A DNA stretch of 64,000 bases from an uncultured Acidimicrobiales bacterium (GTDB taxonomy: Bacteria > Actinomycetota > Acidimicrobiia > Acidimicrobiales > UBA10347): the NCBI GenBank assembly GCA_943788915.1, contig CALSSD010000010.1, positions 248,001-312,000 on the forward strand, read 5' to 3'. Shown in pieces: positions 32,476 through 42,667 of the stretch. The notes beneath the pieces were generated by a model that had not been told where the DNA came from, ran no database searches, and saw only the letters and a list, made by a program, of their open reading frames with translations. A program made the translations under genes and the position numbers. Numbering within the stretch: position 1 is the stretch's first letter; every line of letters starts with the position of its first letter.

Positions 32476-33836
32476 GATCCCTGCGCAAGAAAGTGGAGAA
32501 TGTCGGACTGTGTGATGACGGCGATCGGGCGACCACCGTCGAGAACAAGGCTGGCGCCGCCACCGTCGAGCATCTCGACTGCGAGCGACACCGACTGGCC
32601 AGCACCAAGAGTGGGCAGCTTGGGGCCCATGATCTTCTCGACAGGCATGTCGAGTGTCGACTGGTCGTCGTAGGCGAGTTGCATAAGCCGGAGCTCGGTG
32701 ACAGAACCCTGGACCTCGGCCGCTGATAACGGCATGGCACCTTTGGCCACGGGCAGCTGAGAGACCCCGTGGGTTTGCATGAGAGCAAAGGCGGTGCGGC
32801 CGCTGTCTTCGGGTTGCACATAAAGCAGTGGGGGAACACCATCGGAATTAGTGGCGAGCACGTTACGCACTGTTGGGCCCTCGTCTTCGAGGAAACCAAA
32901 GCTGGCCATCCAGTCGTCGTTGAAGACCTTGGACAGATAACCACGACCTGAATCAGGGACGAGCACGACGACGAGGTCGCCGGGTTGTGCGTCGGCAGCC
33001 ACGACTCGGGCGGCAGCAACAGCGGTACCGCATGAGCCGCCAATCAGCAGGCCTTCTTCTTCGGAGACCCGCCGGGCCATGGCAAACGAGTCGGCGTCGC
33101 TGATAGCGATGACCCGGTCGACGACGGTCTGGTCATAGGTCTCGGGCCAGAAGTCTTCGCCCACACCTTCGACGAGATAGGGACGACCGGAACCGCCGCT
33201 GTAGACGGAACCCTCGGGGTCTGCGGCAATGATCTGGATGGCGGGATTCTGTTCTTTGAGGTAACGAGCGACACCACCAAGGGTGCCGCCAGTGCCAGCA
33301 CCAGCAACGAAGTGGGTGATCTTGCCGTCGGTCTGGCGCCAGATCTCGGGGCCGGTTGTGGCGTAGTGTGACTCGGGGTTCGATTGGTTTGCGTATTGGT
33401 TTGGGCGGTATGCGCCGGGGATCTCGTTGACGAGACGTTCAGCCACCGAGTAATACGACTCTGGATCTTCGGGCGGCACCGCAACCGGACACACCACGAC
33501 TTCGGCGCCGTAGGCACGCAACAGATCGACCTTCTCTGGAGAGACCTTGTCGGTCATGACGAAGACACATTTGTAACCCCGCTGGCTGGCGACGATGGCC
33601 AGGCCGACACCGGTATTGCCAGAGGTCGGTTCAACAATGGTGCCACCAGGCTTCAGCAGTCCCTTGGCCTCGGCGTCGTTGATCATCCACAACGCGGGTC
33701 GATCCTTGGCGCTACCGCCGGGGTTCGTGAACTCAAGCTTGGCGACGATGGGGCACTTGGCGTCCTCGATCACTGCATTGAGTCGGACCATCGGCGTGTT
33801 CCCGATGAGGTCTATCGCTGAGTCTGCAATCTCCAC
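32472..33836 (-). CDS. cbs: Cystathionine beta-synthase with C-terminal CBS domains
   Basis: NPGGSAKDR, EPTSGNTG, GAGTGGT, PDSGRGYLSK, VSQLPV. Confidence 0.95.
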   Translation of the reverse strand: MEIADSAIDLIGNTPMVRLNAVIEDAKCPIVAKLEFTNPGGSAKDRPALWMINDAEAKGLLKPGGTIVEPTSGNTGVGLAIVASQRGYKCVFVMTDKVSPEKVDLLRAYGAEVVVCPVAVPPEDPESYYSVAERLVNEIPGAYRPNQYANQSNPESHYATTGPEIWRQTDGKITHFVAGAGTGGTLGGVARYLKEQNPAIQIIAADPEGSVYSGGSGRPYLVEGVGEDFWPETYDQTVVDRVIAISDADSFAMARRVSEEEGLLIGGSCGTAVAAARVVAADAQPGDLVVVLVPDSGRGYLSKVFNDDWMASFGFLEDEGPTVRNVLATNSDGVPPLLYVQPEDSGRTAFALMQTHGVSQLPVAKGAMPLSAAEVQGSVTELRLMQLAYDDQSTLDMPVEKIMGPKLPTLGAGQSVSLAVEMLDGGGASLVLDGGRPIAVITQSDILHFLAQGS

Positions 33837-33989
33837 GTGTCCACACTACCTCTCGGTCTGCCACCGGACCTTGTGTCACATCGAACACCTACTCTCCGAA
33901 CGGATCTTTCCGAGATGCAGGTCCGTTTGGGTGGGGTCGGGAGTTGACCGCGCCGACTATCGTCAAGGAAGTTCTGAGGGAGACCATTC

Positions 33990-35634
33990 ATGGGAATGCA
34001 GCAAGATCAACTGCTCATGCACAAGCTGATTGAGCGCAGTGCAATCGTGGCGCCAGACGAAGAAGTCGTTACGGCAACAGAAGATGGCGTGCGCCGCCAG
34101 ACTTATCGCGAGACACGTGCTCGGTCACATCAGTTGGCACATGCGCTGGCCGGTGCTGGCATCGAGATCGGCGATCGTGTCGGCACGTTCATGTGGAATG
34201 GCAGCCGTCACCTTGAGGCGTACTGGGCCTCGGCCGGTATGGGCTGTGTGTTGCACACGATCAATATTCGACTTGGCCCGAAGGATCTCGAATACATCAT
34301 CAATCATGCTGGCGCCGAGATCATCATCGTCGATGCCGACCTCTTACCAATGCTCGAGACCGTTGCCGACGTGATTCCTGCTGTGCGCCAGATTGTCGTG
34401 GCGACCGAACCTGGCTTCGAAGGTTGGACGACGACCCTGGCCAATGCCATCGACTACGAGGACTTCATCGCTGGCCAGCCCGAGCACTACGACTGGCCTG
34501 AGATCCCCGAGACCAGCGCGCTCGGTCTGTGTTACACCAGCGGGACCACTGGTGATCCAAAGGGCGTCGAATACGAACACCGTTCGCAGTATTTGCACAC
34601 GCTCGTGCAATCGCTGACCGATGCCATGGGTCTGACCTCTACCGACACGTTGTGCGGCATCGTGCCCATGTTCCACGCTCAGGGATGGGGGCTGCCTTGG
34701 GCCGCCACCATGTTGGGCATGAAGCAAGTTATGCCGCACCGCTTTATGAGCCCCGACCGCATGATCAAGCTCATGGCCGACGAGGGCGTCACGATCTCGG
34801 CTGGCGTTCCGACTATCTGGCAAGGCGTGAGGTCGATCATGCAGGCTCAGCCGGGCGTGTATGACCTCTCCAAGCTTGAGCGGCTGACCTGCGGCGGTTC
34901 GGCGCCGCCGCTGTCGTTGATCTCTTGGTATTGGGAGGAACACCAGGTCGAAATGGTGCAGGGCTGGGGTATGACCGAGACCTCGCCGCTGGCCACCACC
35001 TCGCGTCGCGTCATGAAGCGGAATCAGCTCGGTGCGGACCCTCAGACTCTGGTCGAGAACCAGGCCAAGGCCGGCCAGCTCATGCCCGGACTACAGATGA
35101 AGATCGTCGACGACGACTTCAATGAGTTGCCCTGGGACGGCGAGGCAGCCGGCGAAGTCCTGATTCGGGGTCCCGTGGATTGCCCGTGAGTATTACAACA
35201 ATCCCCAGCCCGAGAAGTTCCATGACGGCTGGTTGATCACCGGCGACGTCGCAAAGATTGACCCCGAGGCCTATTTGATTATCGCTGATCGGTCGAAGGA
35301 CCTGATCAAGAGCGGTGGCGAGTGGATCAGCTCCGTGGACCTAGAGAATCACATCGTCGGCGTAGCGGGTGTGGCCCAAGCCTGCGTTGTGGCAGCACCT
35401 CATCCCAAGTGGGATGAACGCCCAATCGCCCTGGTCGTGCTGGCCGAAGGCGCCGACGTGGCGCCGGAAGCGATCATCGCTCACTGCGAAAGCAACTACG
35501 CCAAATGGCAGCTTCCCGACGAAGTGCTTTTCGTCGACTCGATCCCTCTTACCGGCACCGGCAAGATGGACAAGAAGGTCGTGCGGGCCCAGCTCGAGTC
35601 AGACGGCTACCTGCTGCCTGACCTCCGGAGCTAA
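33990..35634 (+). CDS. Acyl-CoA synthetase (AlkK/DmdB-like), one +1 frameshift near 35172
   Basis: YTSGTTGDPKG, VPMFHAQGWG, QGWGMTETSP, IRGP|W, TGDVA, DRSKDLIKSGGEWISS, TGKMDKK. Confidence 0.92.
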
Positions 35635-35697
35635 CACCGCTCGCCGCATAACGAGCGCGTGCCTGGCACCGGTTCGTTATGTCTCTAGGCTCGGTGG

Positions 35698-37129
35698 GTG
35701 ACTGACGAGGCTTCCATTCCTGCTGCTGGCGAATACCACATGACAACCGACGAGTTTCGGGCCCTTGGGCATGAGCTCATCGACTTCATCGCGGACTATC
35801 GCGACAACATCAGCGACTACCCGGTGTTGTCACAGGTGGCTCCCGGCGACATCGCTGCTCAACTGAACCCAACGCCGCCTGAACACGGCGAAGACCTGTC
35901 GGGTCTGGTCGATGATCTGCGGTCGATCATCGCTCCTGGACTCACTCACTGGCAGTCGCCGAACTTCTTTGCCTACTTCCCAGCCAATGCGTCGTTGCCT
36001 TCGGTGCTCGGTGAGCTTGTTAGTGCAGGCTTCGGTGTGCAGGGCATGTTGTGGGCCACCAGTCCAGCAGCCACTGAAGTAGAGACGGTCATGATGGACT
36101 GGCTCGTTGATCTGTGTGGGCTCCCTCGGGTTTTCCATTCGTCGAACGACGGTGGAGGAGTGATGCTCGACAGTGCTTCATCGGCCGTATTGACCTCGAT
36201 GGTCGCGGCTCGACATCGTGCGGTCGGCCACCGGGCTGCGCCTGAGCTCCGGGCGTACACCTCAACCCAGGCGCATTCGTCGGTGCTCAAAGGGCATGCG
36301 GGTCGCCGGTTTCGCCGATGAACAGCTGCGCAGCGTTGACGTGGATGAAGACTTCGCCATGCGTGCTGACCTGTTGGCAGATGCAATGGCGCAAGATGTG
36401 GCAGATGGCTTCGTGCCCTTCTTCGTCGTAGGCACGGTCGGCACGACATCGTCGACTGCGATCGACCCGATCGCTGACATCGCTGCGGTCGGAGCTGAAT
36501 ACAGCGCCTGGGTGCATGTCGATGCGGCCTTCGCTGGCAGTGCTGCGGTGGCACCAGAGCTTCGGCCGTTGGTGAACTCGGGCCTCGACGCTGTCGATAG
36601 TTACTCGTTCAACCCTCACAAATGGTTGCTCACCAACTTCGACGCGGCTGCCTACTGGGTCGCAGACCAACCTTCGCTCACAAGCGCAATGGCGATCGTG
36701 CCGGAGTATCTGAAGAATGCGGCGACCGAGTCCGGCCAGGTCATTGACTATCGGGATTGGATGGTGCCTCTGGGCCGACGTTTCCGTGCACTCAAATTGT
36801 GGATGGTCATCCGATGGTATGGCGCCGAAGGCCTGCGAGCCTTCGTGCGTGACCATGTCGCGATTGCTCAAGAGTTATCCGATTGGGTCGATGCGCATCC
36901 ATCGTTCGAGCGCCTGGCTCCCACGCCATTTAGCCTGGTCTGTTTCGCTCATGTCGATGGCGACGACCGGACCCGAGGGATCGTCGACGCGATTAACGCT
37001 GCCGGAACCCACTACGTAACCCACACCACCCTGAACGGGCGTTACACGCTGCGCGTCGCCATTGGATCAGTCACCACCGACCGCACCCACGTCGAAACCC
37101 TCTGGAACGACATCCTGGCACTGGCCTAA
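35698..37129 (+). CDS. PLP-dependent aromatic-L-amino-acid decarboxylase family protein, one +1 frameshift near 36290
   Basis: PGLTHWQSPNFFAYFP, SPAATEVE, QAHSSV|GTVGTT, HVDAAFAG, FNPHKWL, LGRRFRALKLW. Confidence 0.92.
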
Positions 37130-37171
37130 CGTCACGCGGGGTCAGACCCGTCGTCACGCGGGGTCAGACCC
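37130..37171. repeat. Tandem 20-bp repeat containing palindrome GGGTCAGACCC
   Basis: CGTCACGCGGGGTCAGACCC at 37130-37149 and 37152-37171. Confidence 0.9.
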
Positions 37172-37210
37172 TCGGGAGCACCTTGTCTCACCGAAGCGGG
37201 CGAGGGGACT

Positions 37211-38287
37211 GTGCGAAGTACGCTCGATGACGTGTCTTCAGTTGAGATTGTTATTCCCCGGCCAGATGACTGGCATGTACACCTTCGAGACGATGAGATG
37301 CTCGATGCCGTCGTAGACCACACAGCACGCTGGTTTCGTTACGCGCTGGTCATGCCCAACTTGACACCACCGGTCACCTCAAACGCCAGTGCTCAGGCGT
37401 ACCGGGCCCGCATCATGGACGCCGCATCGGTGGGTGCGGACACCTTCGTTCCGCAAATGACCTTGTACCTCACGCCAACGATCGACGTCGACGATCTCGT
37501 CGAAGGCTTCAACGCTGGCGTGATCGGCGGAGTGAAATTCTACCCGGCCGGTGCCACCACGAACTCCGACGCTGGTGGCACAAACCTGCTGGATTTCGAA
37601 GCGACCCTGTCGGTGATGGCCGAGCAGAAGATCCCGCTGCTGGTGCATGCCGAGTCGACTGATCCTGAGCTCGACATCTTCGATCGAGAGGCTGCATTTC
37701 TCGACCAACAGGTTGGTCCGCTGCTGGCCGCCATGCCCGAGCTCAGCGTGACCGTCGAACACATCTCGACCGCCGCCGGCATCGACCTGGTAAACGAGTT
37801 CGATCAGGCGTATGGGTCGATAACTCCCCATCACCTTTCCTGTGACCGCTCCGACCTACTCGCGAACGGTATGCGACCCGAGCTGTACTGCAAACCGGTC
37901 ATCAACTCGGCAGACAACAGGCGAGCACTCGCCGCCGCTGCCACGTCGGGCAATCCAAAGTTCTTCCTCGGCACGGATTCAGCGCCGCACCCGCTGAGCC
38001 AAAAAGAAGCCCGCGTCGCTAAGGCCGGCATCTTCAATGCTCCTTATGGGCTGCAGGTCACCGCTGAGCTGTTCCATCAAGCCGACGCTCTCGATCAGTT
38101 CGTCGCCTTCGTCTCACTCAACGGCGCAGCCCGCTATGGCCACGAACCCAGCAGCGACGAGCTCCGGCTGGTGCGTAACGACACTTTGGCCGAAGATGTC
38201 GTCGAGGTCATCACGACTGCCGCTGGCGACGAAGTCCGGTTGTTCGGCGTCGCCGAGGCCGCGCGGTGGTCGATCGCTGCGGTGTGA
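37211..38287 (+). CDS. pyrC: Dihydroorotase, short homodimeric (E. coli-like) type; start uncertain
   Basis: PDDWHVHLRD, VMPNL, KFYPAGATTNS, EHIST, ITPHHL, FFLGTDSAPH. Confidence 0.96.
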   Translation: MRSTLDDVSSVEIVIPRPDDWHVHLRDDEMLDAVVDHTARWFRYALVMPNLTPPVTSNASAQAYRARIMDAASVGADTFVPQMTLYLTPTIDVDDLVEGFNAGVIGGVKFYPAGATTNSDAGGTNLLDFEATLSVMAEQKIPLLVHAESTDPELDIFDREAAFLDQQVGPLLAAMPELSVTVEHISTAAGIDLVNEFDQAYGSITPHHLSCDRSDLLANGMRPELYCKPVINSADNRRALAAAATSGNPKFFLGTDSAPHPLSQKEARVAKAGIFNAPYGLQVTAELFHQADALDQFVAFVSLNGAARYGHEPSSDELRLVRNDTLAEDVVEVITTAAGDEVRLFGVAEAARWSIAAV

Positions 38288-38522
38288 TGCCGGTTCGGAG
38301 CGATCGCTGCGGACGACACTCATCATGACGGAGTCGACGAACTTGCCATCCCAACAAAGTGCCTGACGTCGCACTCCTTCTCGCCAAACCCGATTCGATC
38401 GAAGTGGCAGCGCGTGCCGGTCAGCCGATTGGCCTCGTGGGCATCACAGGCGAGTGACGGCCGCAGCACAACACGTTCACCGGTAATGGTGGGTTTGCAG
38501 GCGAGGGAGATACGGCCAAAGA

Positions 38523-38951
38523 TCAGTTGGCAGGTTCGGCGAGCGACTCGAGGGTCGCAACCGCTTCGTCCGCTCGGTCCACTGGCACTAGCAGGTGGTC
38601 GTGATAGAAACCAGCCAACACATTGCAGGGAATCTGACGTTCGGTCAGCGCTCGGGACATGGCGGCGGTCAGCCCAACCGCTTCAAGCGAGCTGTGCACC
38701 TGCACCGTGAGCCAGACGGCGACAAAGTTGGCCGGCCACCCTCGGCGTTCGGCTTCGTCAAGAGTGGCAATCACCGTGGTTCCTTCGACCTCGGTGAGCA
38801 CGGCGTGGACGCCATCGCCCAGAGCCACAGGTTCGGGCAACGACACCACGGTCACGAGCTCAGCACGTCGCTCGATCTTGATCGACGCCAACATTTTGGC
38901 CAGATCCATCTCGCCAGGCGAGACCGATGAGTTCCCAAGCGACACCGTCAC
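38523..38951 (-). CDS. ACT-domain protein (DUF2241 family)
   Basis: GEMDLAKML, EVEGTT, VHSSLEAVGLTAA, CNVLAGFYHDHLLV; GTG overlaps pyrE stop. Confidence 0.88.
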   Translation of the reverse strand: MTVSLGNSSVSPGEMDLAKMLASIKIERRAELVTVVSLPEPVALGDGVHAVLTEVEGTTVIATLDEAERRGWPANFVAVWLTVQVHSSLEAVGLTAAMSRALTERQIPCNVLAGFYHDHLLVPVDRADEAVATLESLAEPAN

Positions 38952-39625
38952 GCGCCCCACTTGGCGAGGTAGGCATGCATGGCGTCGACAGCAGCGGCGT
39001 CGAGGACAACGACACCGTCGATTTCACGGCCAGCGAGATGTTCGATCACTTCGTGCACCGTCACGATGGAAAACGTTGCCATGTCGAAGTCTGATCCCAC
39101 TTGAGCCAGTGCACTGACATCACCAGTACCTCGTTCGGAGCGATCCACCGAGATGACCAAGCCAGCGAGCTGGATATCGGCTGCGGCTCGCATGATCGGT
39201 ACGGTTTCCCGGATCGAGGTTCCTGCGGTGGTGACATCCTCGACCCACAGAACGCGATCGCCGTCGACGGGGGAGTGGCCAACAAGCACACCGCCTTCGC
39301 CGTGGTCCTTGGCTTCCTTGCGATTAAAGGTGAACGCAATATCGCGGCCACGGTTGGCCAACGCCACGCTCGCAGAAACAACCAGTGGGATGCCTTTGTA
39401 GGCCGGCCCAAACAGCACATCGATTTCCTGGCCAGACTCGTGCATGAAGCTCTCGATCGAGTCGGCATAGAACTCGCCGAGTCGTTGCATCTGCATGCCG
39501 GTGCGGTATTTGCCGGTATTCACGAAGTATGGCGTCGCCCGTCCGCTTTTGGTGACAAAGTCGCCGAAGGTCAGCACGTCGGAGCGCACCATGAACTCGA
39601 TGAACTGTTGCTTGTAGATCTCCAC
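38948..39625 (-). CDS. pyrE: Orotate phosphoribosyltransferase
   Basis: FGDFVTKSGR.PYF, LFGPAYKGIPL, NRKEAKDHGEGG, VEDVTTAGTS. Confidence 0.97.
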   Translation of the reverse strand: MEIYKQQFIEFMVRSDVLTFGDFVTKSGRATPYFVNTGKYRTGMQMQRLGEFYADSIESFMHESGQEIDVLFGPAYKGIPLVVSASVALANRGRDIAFTFNRKEAKDHGEGGVLVGHSPVDGDRVLWVEDVTTAGTSIRETVPIMRAAADIQLAGLVISVDRSERGTGDVSALAQVGSDFDMATFSIVTVHEVIEHLAGREIDGVVVLDAAAVDAMHAYLAKWGA

Positions 39626-39644
39626 CCGCCAAGCTTGCCAGTTT

Positions 39645-40454
39645 CTAGGTCGTAGCCAACGTTTCTGTGTGAGCGACCAACCACGCAACGGTTGCCCGGT
39701 TGGTGGCCTCGTAACCGGTGTCGAGCAGGGTTTGGAAACCCGCACCGCCTGCAGCAGCGAGCGCCGTGATGTTGCGCCGAGCTTGTTCCAAGAACGAGGT
39801 CGCAAGGTCGACCACCCGGCGTCGTTCGGCATAGTCGAGTTCGTGCACATCACAAAACAACCGGAAGCGCCGCACCCGATCGGGTTCCTGACCAGTGACC
39901 AGGTCGAGATCGCCGAACGGTGCCCAATGGCGCACCGCAACCGCTATGTCGAAGAGCCGATCAACCGGCCGGCAGTAGTCGAAGTCGATGAAACCGACCA
40001 AGCGATGTTCGTTATCAACGATCACGTTCGTCATGCCGAGATCGTTGTGGCACACCACGAGTTCCTCGGCGATTAGCGCCTGGGGAGGGAAGTAGTCGCC
40101 GGCCGAATTCGCCCATGATGCATCGCCGGGTATGACATAACTCTGGGCCAACATGTGGAGTTTGCGTTGATGCGTGGCGACCTGAAGCAAGAGCGTTTCG
40201 TCGAATGCCCACGATGAATACGGAGGCGCTGGGGCGGTTCCTTTGATGAATCGCAGTCGATGGCGTCCTTGTTCGTCAAATCCAAGCGGCTCGGGAACGA
40301 AGTTGGCACCCGCCTGAATGAGGTGCTGTAGGAAATGCTCGACGGTCTTGGTCTGCGGATACGCAGGACGGGCTACTTGGTCTCCGATACGGACAACATT
40401 GCCGGTGTTGGCTCGGCCACCTTTGAGAACGACTTCGTCGGGTGTTGTACTCAC
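39645..40454 (-). CDS. Aminoglycoside-phosphotransferase-like kinase
   Basis: GGRANT..VVRIGD, VCHNDLGMTN, FIDFD. Confidence 0.85.
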   Translation of the reverse strand: MSTTPDEVVLKGGRANTGNVVRIGDQVARPAYPQTKTVEHFLQHLIQAGANFVPEPLGFDEQGRHRLRFIKGTAPAPPYSSWAFDETLLLQVATHQRKLHMLAQSYVIPGDASWANSAGDYFPPQALIAEELVVCHNDLGMTNVIVDNEHRLVGFIDFDYCRPVDRLFDIAVAVRHWAPFGDLDLVTGQEPDRVRRFRLFCDVHELDYAERRRVVDLATSFLEQARRNITALAAAGGAGFQTLLDTGYEATNRATVAWLVAHTETLATT

Positions 40455-40482
40455 CTGGCCATTGTGGCCGGGTTATTGGATG

Positions 40483-41310
40483 TCAGACGATTTCGGGGTA
40501 GAGATCGTGTTTGATATCGCCGAGCGGACCTTGGGCAACCTGCACTATGAACCGTCGAGCGGTGGTGAAGTCAGTCGCAATATTGTTGAGCGATTCCCGA
40601 GCTGAGCTGAACAATAAGTTCTGAGTAGCCATGCGGTACCAGACTGGCCCGAACGTGAGATAGACGTCGAGGAGTGAGCGCAACTGCGGTTCAAGCTCAT
40701 CCATGAGTGTGACAACGGCCTTGGGTAATACTGATTTCAAGGAAGTGAGCAAGGCCAAATCCACCGGGCTGTTGTGTGCAATCCCCGGGAACATGCCAGC
40801 GGTGAAAAGTGCTTCGTCGCCGAGCAATCGTAAAGCCCCTGCGCGCTCGGTGTCGCTTGCCGTGACAACGAGGTCGATCAGTGAGTACAAACGGGCCGAG
40901 TTGCAGGCCGTCGCGGTCGGGGTGATATCTACGAACCCAGCAGGCGCTGGCGAGTGGAGATACGACGCCAACAAACCAACGACGAACTGTTGGTGCTGCG
41001 ACTGGCCACTGAAGCTCAGCAGGTCCAGGTCGATGACGGTTTCGTCGGTAGCAATCCAGCCGGCTTGGCAGATGTCCTCGGCGGTTTGATGGACAGCGAC
41101 AGCTAACTGAAGCAGTCGGTGTTGTACCGGATTGTTGCGGTCACGTACGTCGAGCAAACGGGCCGCTTTGGGTGAAGCCAAGGCGACCTTGATGTCGTGG
41201 GGACGGCTGGGAAAGGTCGGGTTCACGTCATCGGTAGACGCAAATCCTGTTGTTTCGGCCAGAAGCCGGAGTGAGGCCGCATCGAGATGTTCGCGGTAGT
41301 CGCTTGCCAC
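40483..41310 (-). CDS. Hypothetical protein
   Basis: 275-aa ORF with leaderless-type promoter; LGDEALFTAGMFP motif; no family recognised. Confidence 0.7.
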   Translation of the reverse strand: MASDYREHLDAASLRLLAETTGFASTDDVNPTFPSRPHDIKVALASPKAARLLDVRDRNNPVQHRLLQLAVAVHQTAEDICQAGWIATDETVIDLDLLSFSGQSQHQQFVVGLLASYLHSPAPAGFVDITPTATACNSARLYSLIDLVVTASDTERAGALRLLGDEALFTAGMFPGIAHNSPVDLALLTSLKSVLPKAVVTLMDELEPQLRSLLDVYLTFGPVWYRMATQNLLFSSARESLNNIATDFTTARRFIVQVAQGPLGDIKHDLYPEIV

Positions 41311-41498
41311 GCCGCAATCCTAGGGGAGGATTCCTCAGCTGATAAGGGCATTCTGGCCCATGTTTGGAAGCCGTCGGTGAGCGACAAGGCGCCGCGGTTT
41401 GAGCGGTTGCGGGCACTAGGGTCATTGCTCGTTGGTGTGTTGGTGACACCATGCCGGTACAAGGAGTCATCCACGCCGTGGCGAGTAGGAAAACACAT

Positions 41499-42665
41499 GT
41501 GATTCGCGGCGCGATTGGTCTACTGATCGTTGCACTGTTCCTGATGGCTTGTTCCTCGAACGAGCTAGCCGAGCCGGCCGAGCCACCAGCGGCTACGCCC
41601 GAAGTTTCACAAGACGACCAGGCTGACGATGCGAACGATGCTGACGATGCGAACGATGCTGACGGTGCCGATGCGCTCACACCAACCGCAGTGCCACAAC
41701 AAACACTCGCCGACGACGACGTAACCACCGTCACGAATATGGAAGCTGGTGACCAGGTCGAAGATGTGCACGGGAACCTGATCGTTATCTATGGCGTTGT
41801 CGAGTGGCCGCAGGCCTTCGATGCGCTGTCGGACGCCGCACACGCTGATTTCCCATTCTCCGGGGATGCGGCGGACGTTGCAGATCCACAATCTGCACTG
41901 GTGGCACTCGATGTCGGTATGTGCGCTGCGGGCCTGAGCGCAACCGGTTTCGGCACCGCCGAGTTCTTCGTGCACGAATCGCTCAATGAGCGGCTCTCAA
42001 ACGACCCGATCCTGGGCCGTGAGGTACTCGCCCGCCATCCTCTTGTTCGACCAGCCTTCGAATTTCCGTCACCTGCCGTGTGCAGCCGAGGATGGTTGCC
42101 CGTCGTGTTGGGCGGCGATCAGGCGCCCACAGTGGCCCGGTATGTGCTTACTGCTCGCGACAGCGCTAACGCTGATCCTGAACGGCACGTGTACCAGTGG
42201 GGCCTTCGTGACCTAGGTGCCGACGTGCTCAGCACTGCCAGGTCGTCTGAAGCAGACACACTCGACGAGCCCTTCACCGCTGGTCAGAAGGTGACCTTCA
42301 ACCAAGGGTTGCTCGACGACACCACGGTTGTGGTCGATGGCTGGTCTGAGTTGGTCGGTGTTGGGTCGCCGATCGATGGCACCCGTCTTGTCGCTGTGTC
42401 AGCCAATATCTGCCCGGGATCACAACGTTTGCCCGAGTTTGGGCTGGGCGTCGACGGTTGGAACATTGTCGCTCCTGTTGGCGGTGAACTGTTGGACGCA
42501 TTGGATGCCGCAGACCCCGCTGCAAGTTGCATGCAGGGCTGGGTCGAGTTCGCCGTGCCATTCGGTGCTGTTCCCACCGCCTTCTTCGTCACCGACGGAG
42601 TGAATGCCACCACCGGTTATGCCGAATGGACGCTGGTTAATGCTGCGCTTCCGGCGCCGCAGTAA
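41499..42665 (+). CDS. Putative lipoprotein with acidic linker and two related domains
   Basis: IRGAIGLLIVALFLMAC lipobox after AGGA RBS; internal similarity C..GWL / C..GWV. Confidence 0.75.
   Translation: MIRGAIGLLIVALFLMACSSNELAEPAEPPAATPEVSQDDQADDANDADDANDADGADALTPTAVPQQTLADDDVTTVTNMEAGDQVEDVHGNLIVIYGVVEWPQAFDALSDAAHADFPFSGDAADVADPQSALVALDVGMCAAGLSATGFGTAEFFVHESLNERLSNDPILGREVLARHPLVRPAFEFPSPAVCSRGWLPVVLGGDQAPTVARYVLTARDSANADPERHVYQWGLRDLGADVLSTARSSEADTLDEPFTAGQKVTFNQGLLDDTTVVVDGWSELVGVGSPIDGTRLVAVSANICPGSQRLPEFGLGVDGWNIVAPVGGELLDALDAADPAASCMQGWVEFAVPFGAVPTAFFVTDGVNATTGYAEWTLVNAALPAPQ
41622..41664 (+). repeat. In-frame 18-bp tandem repeat (ADDAND)
   Basis: GCTGACGATGCGAACGAT twice plus GCTGACG. 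Confidence 0.85.
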
Positions 42666-42667
42666 CA

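Noticed and set aside
38288..38522. Small gene or RNA between pyrC and the ACT gene
   Set aside because: No credible ORF or stable structure; only an 11-bp echo (GATCGCTGCGG) of the pyrC end
39645..40454. Aminoglycoside resistance gene
   Set aside because: Only the generic APH-like kinase fold is evident; no mobile context
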